This document shows positions 11,048 to 22,771 of a DNA stretch of 64,000 nt, one piece after another. The notes under the pieces are model-generated. The model had not been told where the DNA came from and did not search any database. It saw only the letters and a list, made by a program, of their open reading frames with translations. Numbering within the stretch: the stretch's first letter is position 1; every line of letters begins with the position of its first letter. The stretch comes from Podarcis filfolensis (lineage: Eukaryota). The stretch lies in the NCBI GenBank assembly GCA_964270895.1, contig OZ185443.1. One strand, written 5' to 3'. The translations under genes were made by a program, and so were the position numbers.

Positions 11048-12028
11048 ATTGCTTAGGGGTTTTTGCTGAGGGGGTGTTATTGTTGCTGTTATTGATATTA
11101 ATTTGTGCAGTTTTCTTTTGTACCTTTATTATGATTTATGTGGAAATTGTTTGGTTTGGTTTGGTACTTTTTGATGTTTTATTTATCCCTTATGACTACT
11201 TTTGCTGTATTTTGAATTGTGCATTTCTTTTCATGGTGTAAGCCACCTGGAGCATGGCTATTAACCGTGGAACGGTGGCATGCAAGTAAAATGATGTACG
11301 TATGTATGTTTACACTGGCGACTCACAGTAATCCTCTCAAAGTCAAGTTTTAATTAAATGGTAATTCTGTATCTTGGCTTTATCAGCACGGGTGTGTGTG
11401 TCATATGGTATAATGCTTCTTCATTTTTTTTTAATTGGTTCACATAGAAAATTGCCATGTCAGGAAGAAGACTAGGTTTTAACAACTGTATTTCCCTGGC
11501 ACCTGCTTTTCTATTTACAGGGATTTCCATTATTACTGACGAGCACTCAGACATCTGAACCCCCACCTGAAATAGTACTGCTCAGATACAGTTTTATTGA
11601 GAATGGGGCTTAAGTGGCTTTGCAAATCTGTCAACATTGACTGTGAATTGTTGGAAACATAGTTAGGAAAGAAAGGAGCACCAAGCTGAGAAAAGGCAAC
11701 AAAAGGGTTGAAGGCTGCATTCTTCTAGAGTTGGTTTTAAAACAAACATGATGCCAAGGAGCTGAGTCTTAATTAATTAGCATCATTTAGTGAACATTAG
11801 CGTAGCTGTCGTTATATAAGGCCAGGGCTTTACAAGTCTTGGTGAAATGTCATTGTATAAGCTAAAGATCTGCTGGTGTCGCTATACTAGCTCAGGACAG
11901 CCTCTAGTAGTGGCACAGAGACTAGCAAGCACAGCTGCACATGCAGTTCTCTCCCATATATATGAATAGCAAAGCCTAAGAAAACATCCAAGACAGGACA
12001 AAACAATACGGAGATCATTAACATTATA

Positions 12029-12034
12029 TTTATT
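12029..12034 (-). terminator. RAPGEF2: Polyadenylation signal AATAAA of RAPGEF2
   Basis: TTTATT on plus, at the end of the conserved-looking UTR block. Confidence 0.75.
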
Positions 12035-12090
12035 TATATTCCAGCTTCATACAAACTGGATAGAAGCATAAACATAGTACATTTCTACCA

Positions 12091-12238
12091 NNNNNNNNNN
12101 NNNNNNNNNNNNNNNNNNNNNNNNNNNNNNNNNNNNNNNNNNNNNNNNNNNNNNNNNNNNNNNNNNNNNNNNNNNNNNNNNNNNNNNNNNNNNNNNNNNN
12201 NNNNNNNNNNNNNNNNNNNNNNNNNNNNNNNNNNNNNN
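12091..12238. other. Assembly gap or masked run (148 N) inside the 3'UTR
   Basis: Run of N. Confidence 0.99.
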
Positions 12239-12310
12239 CACTTGACATCACAGAGTGAACTGAGATTAGCAGTCCTATGGTCTACAATTACTTAATGCCT
12301 ATATAACATT

Positions 12311-12317
12311 TGTGCAA
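12311..12317 (-). promoter_or_regulatory. miR-19 7mer-A1 seed match (TTGCACA)
   Basis: TGTGCAA on plus, within the 3'UTR. Confidence 0.5.
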
Positions 12318-12675
12318 CTTGTGATACAGCTAGGTTTGTTCTGTCTTGCTATATGCACATGTGGTCCATACCCTATATAATGAAACTGGCAAATGCATAT
12401 TACATGTAAAATTACAAATGTATAATTGACAATGTGATATATGAGCAAATAAGACAAAAGCCATGAATACAGGAGAAAGAGAATAATTAAATAAAGCACT
12501 GACATAATTCAATACAGTGAAAAAACACTGCAATTTGATCTTTAGAAGTTGAAGTTATTTACGTTTATCTACTGATCAATATGATCAGCTGAGTTCAATG
12601 AAAAAAAATTCCAAGACCAGCAGTTCCTCACATCTGAGTACTGCTCAGATTGGCAGCCTTCACTTTTCCGGAGTC

Positions 12676-12683
12676 TGTGCAAA
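12676..12683 (-). promoter_or_regulatory. miR-19 8mer seed match (TTTGCACA)
   Basis: TGTGCAAA on plus, in a conserved-looking UTR block; Rapgef2 is a reported miR-19 target in mouse neurogenesis. Confidence 0.6.
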
Positions 12684-13559
12684 ACCAACACAAAAACAGA
12701 AAGTAGGGGGTGTCATTTCATTTCAGTCACTCAAGGATTAATAGCAGCTGTGAGCATGTGATTGCTACCCGATTGGCCTTCTCTATACATGCAGTGTTCC
12801 ATAAAAGTAATCCACAGTTGTGAATGTTTTTGCACTGCTAAGGCTGGTAGATCTTCAGAGATTGCTCCTCTTTATAAAAAGGTATCACTTCCTAATGCAA
12901 AGCCAATAAAAAGAGCCTATTACATCACTATTAAGGGTTGGCATTAGTTGCAGTGTCCTGCATTGCCTTAACTGTAGTATTATCCTCATAATTTGTGTGT
13001 GACAACTGTTAGTGTATTACAAGGATGATAAAAAGGAAAAAAATATTTGAAGTAAAAGATGGAATTGCCATTTGTCAAAGTGCGACAAATGTTTTTATTC
13101 ACCATTCTGTATTCCTCAAGGCACAGGAAAGGGATGCAAAATGGATTTGCATCTATTAAAATGCAAGACTAATTGTCCTGCATCAATATAGATGCAAATT
13201 AGCAATACCAGCAATTCCAAAACTGATCAACTGTGCTCCAAGTGTGGAACACTAAAAATGAAGGTTGAAGGTCAATGAAAGGCCGAATCCTCCCTATAGA
13301 CCACCCTTACTTAGATACACTATAGCTTTTTAAAAACCGCTTCTTAAAAAGTACAAAATAATACTGAAATTATGCAAGTGTAACTCCCCCCCTCCGAATA
13401 CAACATTTAGAGTAGCAACAAAGGCATTGTAAACAAGCAAACAAGCACTGTGTACTTGAAGGAATTCAACATGTTTCTCTTAGTAGGGTAAAGGCCAAAT
13501 GTAGCTTGTCAACTAGTTGATTTCATTATCCCAACGAGGTGAAGTGCACGGATTGTGAT

Positions 13560-14745
13560 CAGCGGCAGGGCATGACCCGGTGGTGCCTGGGGTGGGTGGG
13601 AGCGTGCCACACAATGGCAAAAGGGCACGCTGTGGGGTGGGGTATGCCATCGGAATGACTGCGTCCTTCTCGGCCGTCCTTCCTCGGATCTTAATCACAA
13701 TCAGAGGCGTAGAGTGAGGGGTGCTGGGGGGGCGTCGCCCCAGGTGCAATCTTGTGAGGGGGGTGCTGGGTGCCAGAGCTGCTGCATCCTTCTCAGCTGG
13801 AGGGCAATAACTTCACAGTATTTCACATGCAGGGGAGAGATGTGGCAGCTTCATGCACCAGCCTCACACTGCTTTTGTGGGGATTGTGGGACCTGTAGGG
13901 CGCTCAAGCCACTGCGTCCCCCTCAGCCACCCTTTGGCTAGAGGGCACCCAGAAGAGATGTGGCAGCTTGGGTACCCTGCAAAAGCAGCGAGAAGCCGCA
14001 AAAGTAGTGTGGAGCCGGCGCATGGAGCCGCCACATCTCTCCCTTGCATGTGAAATACTGTGAAGAAATTGTCCTGGCACTTTTCAAACTGTGTTGCTTG
14101 AAATGCACAGTGCAGCGTTTTCCCCAGCTACCGCTGTTGCCGTCTTCCACATCACAGTATCATTCATATTACAGCTGTATGAGAGGACTAAAAAATTCTA
14201 AATAGGCCAAGGCTTTACAACCGAGCGAGGGTATCTCTTCTCCATCATTGAACCAGCCAGAAATACATGTCAGCATTTTTCTTAGTTGGGAATCAAAAAC
14301 GTGTACTTCCAACATCTACACATCACAATGAATAACTGACTGTACTTCCCCAATGCCTGGAAGCATTTAAAACCTTCCTCAGATCTTAATCACGATTACA
14401 GGCATAGGTTGGGGTGTGCTGGGGGGGACATCGACCCGAGTGCAGTCTTGGGAGGGGGGCACAGGGTGCCAGAGCTGCTGAATCCTTCACAGTTGGAGAG
14501 ATGCAGCAGTGCCGTGTGCCGGCCCCACACTGCTTTTGAGGGCAGCGCAGGACCTGCAGGGTGCCCAAGCCACCACATCTCTTCTGGGCGCCCTTTAGCT
14601 GGAGGGTGGCTGAGGGGAACACTGAGGGTCCCATGTTGCCTGCAAAAGCAGCACGGGGCCAGCGCATAAAGCCGCCACACTCCTCTGGCTGAGAAGGAAG
14701 CAGCAGCTCCGGTGCCCTCAGCAGCCCCCACCCCACTATACCTCT
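13560..14745. mobile_element. Composite hAT-like insertion in the 3'UTR: MITE copies plus inverted host DNA
   Basis: Starts CAGCGGC and ends CTATACCTCTG; candidate 8-bp TSD ATTGTGAT (13552-59) / AATGTGAT (14747-54). Palindromic MITE at ~14395-14745, second rearranged copy at ~13702-14040, inverted host copy at 14041-14393. Confidence 0.75.
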
Positions 14746-15131
14746 GAATGTGATTAAGATCTGAGGAAGGTTTTAAAAAATGCTTCCAGGCATTTGAGAA
14801 GTGCAGTCAGTTATTCATTGTGATGCGTAGATGTTGGAAGTTAGAATGATACTGTGATGTGGCAGACAGCAACAGTGGTAGCTGGGAAACTGCTGCAATG
14901 TGCATTTCAAGCAACACGGTTTGAAAAGAGCCAGGGCAATTTCTTCACAGTATTTCACATGCAAGGGAAGAAGAGTGCGGGAGGAAGGGGGAGAAGCCCC
15001 ATGCTGCTTTAAGGCAGGGAAGGAGGCAAACAGGTCCACCATCCTTTAGAGTTCCAAGGCTCCTATACTAGGGGCGTCGTCTTGTGCTCTCCTTTAAGTT
15101 GGCTCACGCAGGATCCAGAAAGCCCCAGTTC

Positions 15132-15157
15132 TTAGACGGCAGAGACTTGCTCATCTT
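15132..15157 (-). CDS. RAPGEF2: RAPGEF2 terminal coding exon: (E)DEQVSAV*
   Basis: Acceptor TGTTTGCAG, phase 1 entry, TAA at 15132-34; C-terminal S-A-V class I PDZ ligand. Confidence 0.96.
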
Positions 15158-16666
15158 CTGCAAACACAACAGGATAGGAGGTAAATACATCTTAAGGTAT
15201 TTAGAACTAAAATAGCCAATGTATTTATATGTTAGGCTTGTTCACTTGAAACACTAAACCCATAGTGTAGCATGCACATTCACTCCCCATGCCCTCTCCT
15301 GTGCAGCCAGGATCAGGACTTTGGAAAAGAAGGTAAATACTAGCCATGAATTCTCGCTAGTTGGTACATAGGAATCAGATATTAGAGTTTAACTAACCAA
15401 TTTATGTTTTGAAACAAGCCAGCTTCATAACCTATGGTTTTAAAGTTGGTCTGTTTAGAACAGGGCTGGCAAACCTGTGGCACACTGACTAATCTTGACC
15501 CACAAGGCCATTTCGCACACCCACTTGTCCATCAGTTAGTATCACTGATTGAAACCAGCTGCTTATTACAAGGACAAAGTACCTCCCTCTGTTATCTGTT
15601 TCAGCAGCATGTTCACCTGGTGAGCAGAGAGTTATAGGATCTGGCTGGTAACAGGCATACACAGCCAAAGCCCTGCAGTACACTTTAAACCACTGGTTGG
15701 GTTGTTTGCAAAAGGGCTTTCAAATATCCCTTGATGGTGCTTTGAAGTCCCAAAAGTGCAGGCTTCAAAGCACAATGCTACCTGATGCCCCTATGACATC
15801 AGGTGATTGACAAGTGGACAGCACTACTCACATGTCAAATTACAACCTCCAGAGGTGGGGAGATAAGGATTTGGTTTACCAGTCAGAAAAATGTCCCCAG
15901 CCCACTTTAGAAACTAACCAGAGTCTGTTTTAAGCTCCAATCTCTAGCTGATCAGTAATAAGTCAGGTTTCTTTAACACTGGAAGTAAATACTAGCAAAA
16001 GCCTTCTCAGGCTGTCCAGCAGAAGCTGAAGGGATGAAGCAAGAGCCTTTGTTTGAGTTTGTGTACATAGTGCTAAACCACAATTTTACTTTTGCATGTG
16101 AACCAGCTCACTGTGTTTACATCTCTCTCAAGTAAATACTGAACCTTATGTTTCTTTCAGCATGGCTCTTCCATTTACCCTTTAGATTAAAATACCATTT
16201 GGCTGCTTTGCCATCTCCACTTTAATTTTACCAAATCAGACTGTTTTTAACATTCAACTCAGTAAAGTTCTAATGTTTACACCTTTGCTACAAACATTAC
16301 ATGGCCCTGCACTTGACTCAATATTAAGTTAAAATCCTGAGAGCATTGATGTGCTGCAGAGGAAGTGCAAACTTTACAGCTTTTTAGTCTACAAAGTATT
16401 TGAAGACCTCTTCGATTTTACAGCCCATAGAAAATCCTCCCTCTCAGAACCAAGATATACACCACATAAAACAATCAATAAATGATTGGATGAGCTGATA
16501 GCACTTCCGTCATATGAACAAGAAACAAAGTCAGAAACACTTCTGAGCTCAGAGCTGGATAAAAGTACACGCCCTCTCTTGCACCTGCATAAATGTTCTG
16601 GATGCAAAAGAACTTATGGAAACAAACCCTTAACTTATTATTTTCAAAATGTTATAAGATGTTTAC

Positions 16667-16972
16667 CATCCTCCTCTGTGGAAAACCCTTGAGACTGATA
16701 GTGAACCAGATGTGGGTCTGACTCATTTGGTTTGTGCCACTGAGGTTTGCCCACAGGCCTGCTAGATGGAGGACCCTGTGGTTGCTGCTGTGAAGCTGAA
16801 GTCCCAGGGGCTTCACTTGACCGTGCCACCATCCTAGACCTCTGAAGTGCCACGTTGTAATCCGGAGGTTTTCGGGCTGGGTGGGAAACTCCTTCAGCAA
16901 AGTCAGCAATAGGTATTCCTACATAACCAGGCGGGGTTGGTGGTGGTTCACGATAGCGGCCCTCTTTTCGAG
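16667..16972 (-). CDS. RAPGEF2: RAPGEF2 exon: (A)[16 protein letters not shown]...PPDY...GFSTEED
   Basis: 306 nt, AG/GT, phase 1-1; two PY motifs. Confidence 0.97.
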
Positions 16973-17291
16973 CTGCAGTAAAATAGTGCATCATCAGCAA
17001 TCATAATCATTTACATATATTTGTTACAACTACTATCTATGCCTGTACTTAGTTCTATTATGTCATAATCCTGGTAGCTCTGATGTGCTTCCAAGGGAGT
17101 TGAACAACTTGGCATTAAAAACAACCACAGTATGGACATGAGGCAGCCCAAAAGTAAAGGCATTTACATTTCACTGAGTCCAAATGGGAGTTGAGCACAT
17201 TCTTAAAACTTTCCCATTCAAATCAATGGAATCTAAAACTGCTTAATTCTGGCTGGATTATACAGGCACATCCATACCAAATACCTATACA

Positions 17292-17437
17292 CAGTGGCGT
17301 AGCGTGGGTTGTCAGCACCCAGGGCAAGGCAAGTAATTTGCGCCCCCTAACCCGTGGATTTGCGCCCCCTAACTCTAACCCCCAGATGTTGCGCCCAGTG
17401 CGGCCGGCCCCCCCTGCACCCCCACGCTACGCCACTG
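17292..17437. mobile_element. hAT MITE (146 bp)
   Basis: Perfect 17-bp TIR CAGTGGCGTAGCGTGGG / CCCACGCTACGCCACTG; perfect 8-bp TSD CCTATACA (17284-91, 17438-45). Confidence 0.93.
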
Positions 17438-18689
17438 CCTATACACCTACATATTAATTTTATATATATTATGCAATTAAAAACATAGACATAAGCAAAG
17501 CTACAAAGAAAAAGAACAAGTGAAATAGAAGATAACTAATACAAAACCTGAGCCAATTATAGAAAGCAGCTTGTGATAACACTTAAATTATGTATATAGG
17601 GCATGGTGACATCTTGAAAAAGAATCTCAAACTTAGATTTGTAAAGAACACAGTTGATAAAAAGACACTGTGAAGCATAGACATATATGACTGTGCTTTC
17701 ATCTTCTAGCAAAAAAAGAGAAATAGCACTAACCCACTTTGCATATTGAAGTATATACAGTTCTCTCACTTGAGGTGATATTCTGACAAGATTCATGTTT
17801 TGCCTAATTCTCTCAGCATAGTTAAATAAAAATAAAAAGTATTTATAGTTCAAATAATAAAGCACATATATTGTGCTCAGGTTCAGAGTTCTATACTCCT
17901 TCCTTACGCATCATTAATATACTTTTAAATGCCTATATTGTCTTTCCAAAAAGAAGTTATCCAGGATGGTTCACAAAACAACATAAAGAATAAATACATG
18001 AATTAGCTGTAATAAGTGAAAAGGAATCTTAAAATCCAGGAAGTAAAATATTTAAGATAAGCCAAAGAAATGAGCTCCCTATTATGTTGACTGGAGAAGG
18101 GGGGGGCATGGCAAAAATACTCAACGACTTAAGAGTGAGGGCAGGAAGATCATTGTGTGATCATGTAATCATGTAGCCCAGGGATGTGAATTTCAGGACA
18201 AGGGACTAAATGCAGTCCTTTTGGACCACTCTAGTCAACCCTTGGCCACACACCTCACTGGTTCTGCTCCATACCCATCCTCTGAATGCCTTTGCCTGGT
18301 TGGAATATGAACTGTGATAATGTTTCTCACTTGCCAAAATGGAGAATGGAGAGAAATCTCTCTGTCTGCATCTGCATGCATACATGTTTGTGTAAAAATG
18401 AAGTAGCCACTGTCGTTGATTACTGAATCATTTTGGTTTGTGCATATAGCTGATGAGTGCTCAAAACGTCAGAGAGAAAGAATAGTGTGAAGTCAAGGGA
18501 TTACCCATGAAGAATATATCCCAGGGACCGCCAGTCTGTTTAGACAGTGTCAGGGGGACATTTCGCCTTTCCCATATTTCTGTTGAAGGTTGTGGGGTTC
18601 CCCTTGTCACTCTACACACCAGAATCTGTGACATATGCAGACTGGCATAAAAAAGTGTGCTGTCAGGAAAGAAACACAGGAAACAGCCT

Positions 18690-18860
18690 GCATTTCCTAA
18701 GGCAGGTTATTTGCCCATCCAGTTCAGTTTTATTGCTAACGGGCAGCAGCTCTCCAGGGTTTCAGACAGGAGTCTTTTGTCAGCCCAGAAGATGCCAACA
18801 ACTGAACCTGGACCTTTTGCATGCAATGCAGTGCTCCACTCCAGATCTACAACCCTTTCC
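18690..18860 (-). mobile_element. Squam3-type tRNA-derived SINE (degenerate)
   Basis: Reverse complement resembles 28171-28368 (TTGCATGCAAAAGGTCCAGGTTCA...CCTGTCTGAAACCCTGGAGAGCTGCTG). Confidence 0.7.
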
Positions 18861-19397
18861 CATTTATATCCTGAAATCCTATAGCAAGATTTATTCAAAT
18901 CCTTTCATCTCCTGCTCTCCAACACCAGCATCTTCACCTTTTTATATCCCTAGACAAGTTTAAATCTGCATTAGTGATTAAGGCATAGAATAAAATTGTG
19001 CTAAACAACTGCATGGAGGTATAGGGCAGAGCACACTAGGGCTATATTACTAACATACACAGAGAGAGAAAACTGTACCCCCATATTATAAGACATTGGC
19101 CTAAGCATATTAACAAACTAGAAAGGAAAAGAAAACAAGAGTTTATGTTAATGACTGAAATGTGGGCAGTTCTGAGGCAAGATAAAAAAAATTAACTAAA
19201 AAATAACAATGGAATATCTGCAGGAGGAAGCATCACTTCAGCACAAAAGGCTTTACTGAAAAAGCAAAACACAAGTTAAGACTATGAGCTGGCTATATGT
19301 TTTGCTTAAAAAAAGATTAAGAAAAAATATTTGTAAAATAAATTCATATTTATAGCAAATATGTAGGATACTTTGTGGTAGACAAAGGTAAACTTAC

Positions 19398-19957
19398 CAA
19401 TAAGACCCTTTGTATTACTTGTTGACACAGCTATATGAGCTGGCATGGGAACTGGCTTTGAATCCTCTGCTGTCATAGATGTTATGCTACTGGTTTCAGC
19501 TTCAATTGACACATCCTTCCCACCCCTCCGTTTTATGGTACCTGTATCACCTTCAGAGTCCTCTCCCCAGTAGCCTGTGGAGGATGCCCAGCTTGCTCTG
19601 GACTGTGCTTGATCAAGGCCCTCCCTACCTTGACTCTGCCTGCCATACTTTGTGCCATGATCGGAGAACATCATCGGGTCCATGTGGCTGCCTGAGGCCC
19701 ACAGTCCTGCCCCATCGCCTGAACTATCGAAATGAGCATGTCCAAAAGGAAGAATCTCCCAACTTCGCTGGTGCTGTATTGTCTGTATGTTGTCATGGGA
19801 ACCACTTGAACAAGAAGTCCAGCTGCCACGGCCACTATCCGCTGCATCAAGTGATGCTCGATCTCCCTGATCCTGTGACAGCTCCTCAGTGCTAGGAGAA
19901 GAAAGCATGGTTGCCCCAGCATACAAGCCTCTGTTCTCTGACAGTGGTGGGTAGTAG
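19398..19957 (-). CDS. RAPGEF2: RAPGEF2 exon: (G)[12 protein letters not shown]...DSGRGSWTS...STSNTKGLI
   Basis: 560 nt, AG/GT, phase 2-1; contains the DSGRGS beta-TrCP-type degron (19822-19839). Confidence 0.97.
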
Positions 19958-21486
19958 CTAGAAGAACACAGGAACAAAATAATTAATAGGCATAAAGCAA
20001 CAATGTTGCCACTAGCAATTAGAATATCAAACCACAGTAACAATTTGCACAAAGCATTTTGTTCAATTTGTAGTACAGATCAGTTAACTCTAAAGACGTC
20101 TGTGCTCAAATTCACATGCTTCAGTAGCTGCCAAATATACGTCTAATGAAATTGTTGTGATACTTTGTGCACCAACTGAACACTAGATCAGAAATGTCAT
20201 TTGTGTGTTTTTCAAAGATTTTTCAAATTGTGAATCTGGTAAGAGTATTAGGAGCATGCATTTTCCACATTCTTCCCCTAATATCTCTTGGAGAGGCAGG
20301 TATATCATCTAATACTTATCAAAATAATTGGGGAAAAGATTTAGGACATTAGTCACTAAACACTATCTGGAATTGGATATGACAAAAATGTCCCTCAACA
20401 AAAAATCAGTGCACATTTAAAAGAAACTTTTTACAAGTTCATTTTTCATTGGTGCTTAGAGGTCTCTTGGTGTCTTAAATGGTGAATTCAGCCCTTTAAT
20501 ATTTAGTGAAAGAATTTACATTGTATTCATTCTGTGGTAGTTTAAACACAACTTTTCCCAAATATTGATTCCTTAATTTTGAGAATTTTATAAATGTAGT
20601 CCCCAGCACTAACATTTTCTAGATTTCCAATTTAACATACTAATTTGCACTGCCACCTACTCTCTCTTTTCCCTTATTGACAATAATTTACTTTTCTTTG
20701 TTCTTCTTGATGAAGTGCTTCTCTAGTCCCACTTGCTGATTCAAGTTGTATTTATTATCTTCATTATTCTGTTTTTATATTTGATAAGTTTGAGTGTTTG
20801 TCCTTTCCAGTATCTGAACTAAATATTCCTTCCATCTGTTATTTATTTTATTAGCTATTGTTTTAATCAGTTTAAAGTAGTTTAAATGAGGTCCCTCGTT
20901 GATATTTTGTTAATTTTTGCCTAAGCAGTAGTGTGAGAAACTTGAATTCCATGATTTTACTTGAAATATCTGGGTGCATATCAGCTAGGATTTAAAACAG
21001 ATTTCCAATTAAAATAAGTGTCTCTTCTGTCCTGTAAGTTGCAGCTTCTTTTAAACTAATAAATGTAACCAAGATTTCTCTCAAGCATTCACTAAACAAC
21101 AACTCAAAAAACTTGGGACCATTCTATTTTTAGATCCTATTCTAAAAGACACCTCAGTCCAAGCCGATCGAAGTTTGTCCAAATGTACATAATTACACAA
21201 GCGTTCTTTTAAGAAGACTACTAGGTTTCCCCTCTCCATTCCTTCTGGAAGACCCCTACATTTTAAAATAAATAACAGGATATTTTGGAAAGATCGGGCC
21301 AAGAAAGCATTATGCATTATGGGACACAGGTTTGCAGTGTTTTGCTTTTCCTTTAAAGGCAGAGTCACTCAAGTGATGCCTTGTAACAGAATACATGTTC
21401 CTAAAATCTGCTCATGAGAGAAAAAGCATCTACAGCTCTAGAGTAGGCTTTTGATAAATGTAATTACACTGACATGTACTACCTAC

Positions 21487-21712
21487 CCTATGCTGTACTG
21501 ATCTGGTTCAATTATGGCTCTTCGGTCAATCCTGCCCACTCCAAGATTAGTCTCCACAATGCTGACGGAGTGCCTCTGCCTCCTGTCATCATGTAGTGAT
21601 ACCGGCATGGAGTCAAATGAAGAGTTGCTGACAATGCTGGATCTGGAAGAAATTTCACTATGACCAGAGTCTGAAAAGTTATCCACGGTACCACTGGGAG
21701 CCAGAGTATAAC
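21487..21712 (-). CDS. RAPGEF2: RAPGEF2 exon: [22 protein letters not shown]...EPDQYSI(G)
   Basis: 226 nt, AG/GT, phase 1-2. Confidence 0.96.
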
Positions 21713-22524
21713 CTGTACAGGGAAGAGTGATTATAACCATTTTGATCATAAAAATTTCAGCATTTGTATAAATATTCAGATTATGCAGCCCCTGTACCAA
21801 AATTACTTTTTAAATTGTTGTTTTACGTCTGAGAACAAATAATTTATAAGGGGGTATTTATAGTATCATCTTATTTTTAAGACAGAGAATTTGGGGGGAG
21901 AAAACATTAACAGATGATAATTTAAAGATTAAAAAAAAATTACTTGCAGTTTCAATATCTAACTAACATGATTCAAATGGGTTCTACACTGTATGCCTTT
22001 GCCATCCATTGGGATAGAATCTGAATAGAGAAAACCAACCGTATCCCTGGACAAAGCCCACAGCAATCCAATTATAGGAATCTAATTTTGCTTAAAGTGA
22101 AATAAATTTGGGGGATGGGGCGTGCTGCCACACATATGAACAATAGTAAACATGCTTGGTTCCACAGCCAGGATTGATGCATATGGGAAACATAAATGTG
22201 GTCTCATTTGTAGAGGAAGCTTCATCATAATTCCAAAAAGAAAATACTTTGCATGAAGATTTTTATTCCACACAAATTGTCTTCATCGTGATACCCTTAT
22301 ACATTTCTACCCATCCTTGATACTGTGGGAGGCTGCACACATGAATGGTTTCAGCAAACAGGGCTGAACAACTCATATTCAACAACATTATGGTTCTTGG
22401 CACTTGGATATGGGGATCGTTAGGCTGCTTTATCTCCTTCCCCAACTGCATCTGAGAAGGCAGGAACATAGGAAGCTGGTTGTGCTGAGTTAGGCTGCGG
22501 GTTCATTTAGCTCAGTATGCCTGC

Positions 22525-22575
22525 ACTCAGTATTGACTTGTACTCAGTATTGACTTGTACTCAGTATTGACTTGC
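22525..22575. repeat. 17-bp tandem repeat x3 (ACTCAGTATTGACTTGT)
   Basis: Three consecutive copies are readable directly. Confidence 0.85.
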
Positions 22576-22771
22576 ATCAGGATTTCTGACAGAAAATGTT
22601 CTGGCTTGCATACTTAGAATGTGACAACTTTGTGCTTTTAGGAAATATCTGCCATGCTAAACCTCAACTGACTACATATTTGGCATCTTAATTAGGTTTA
22701 AACAGTTATCACTAACAATTACAAGAGAGGTGAACTTGTGAGAGGTGAGGAGTATTTAGACCCTGGCATAC

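Larger units (their letters stand above)
7955..11315. repeat. Local tandem duplication, copy B (with extra insertions)
   Basis: Same order of blocks as copy A, interrupted by ~8041-8960, 9711-10308, 10616-10901 and 10981-11047. Confidence 0.88.
12015..15131 (-). other. RAPGEF2: RAPGEF2 3'UTR (~3.1 kb including the insertion and N gap)
   Basis: Follows the stop at 15132. Blocks such as TTGCATGTGAAATACTGTGAAGAAATTGCCCTGG and TGGTAGAAATGTACTATGTTTATGCTTCTA match my recollection of the mammalian RAPGEF2 3'UTR. End position approximate. Confidence 0.85.

Noticed and set aside
13513-14736. Many GC-rich ORFs on both strands in the 3'UTR insertion
   Set aside because: They are by-products of palindromic MITE sequence, with no recognisable protein.
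16389-16570. Possible alternative last exon (ALSSEVFL...IY*) after acceptor-like TTTTATCCAG
   Set aside because: Weak acceptor, and the canonical EDEQVSAV* exon is clearly present at 15132-15157.
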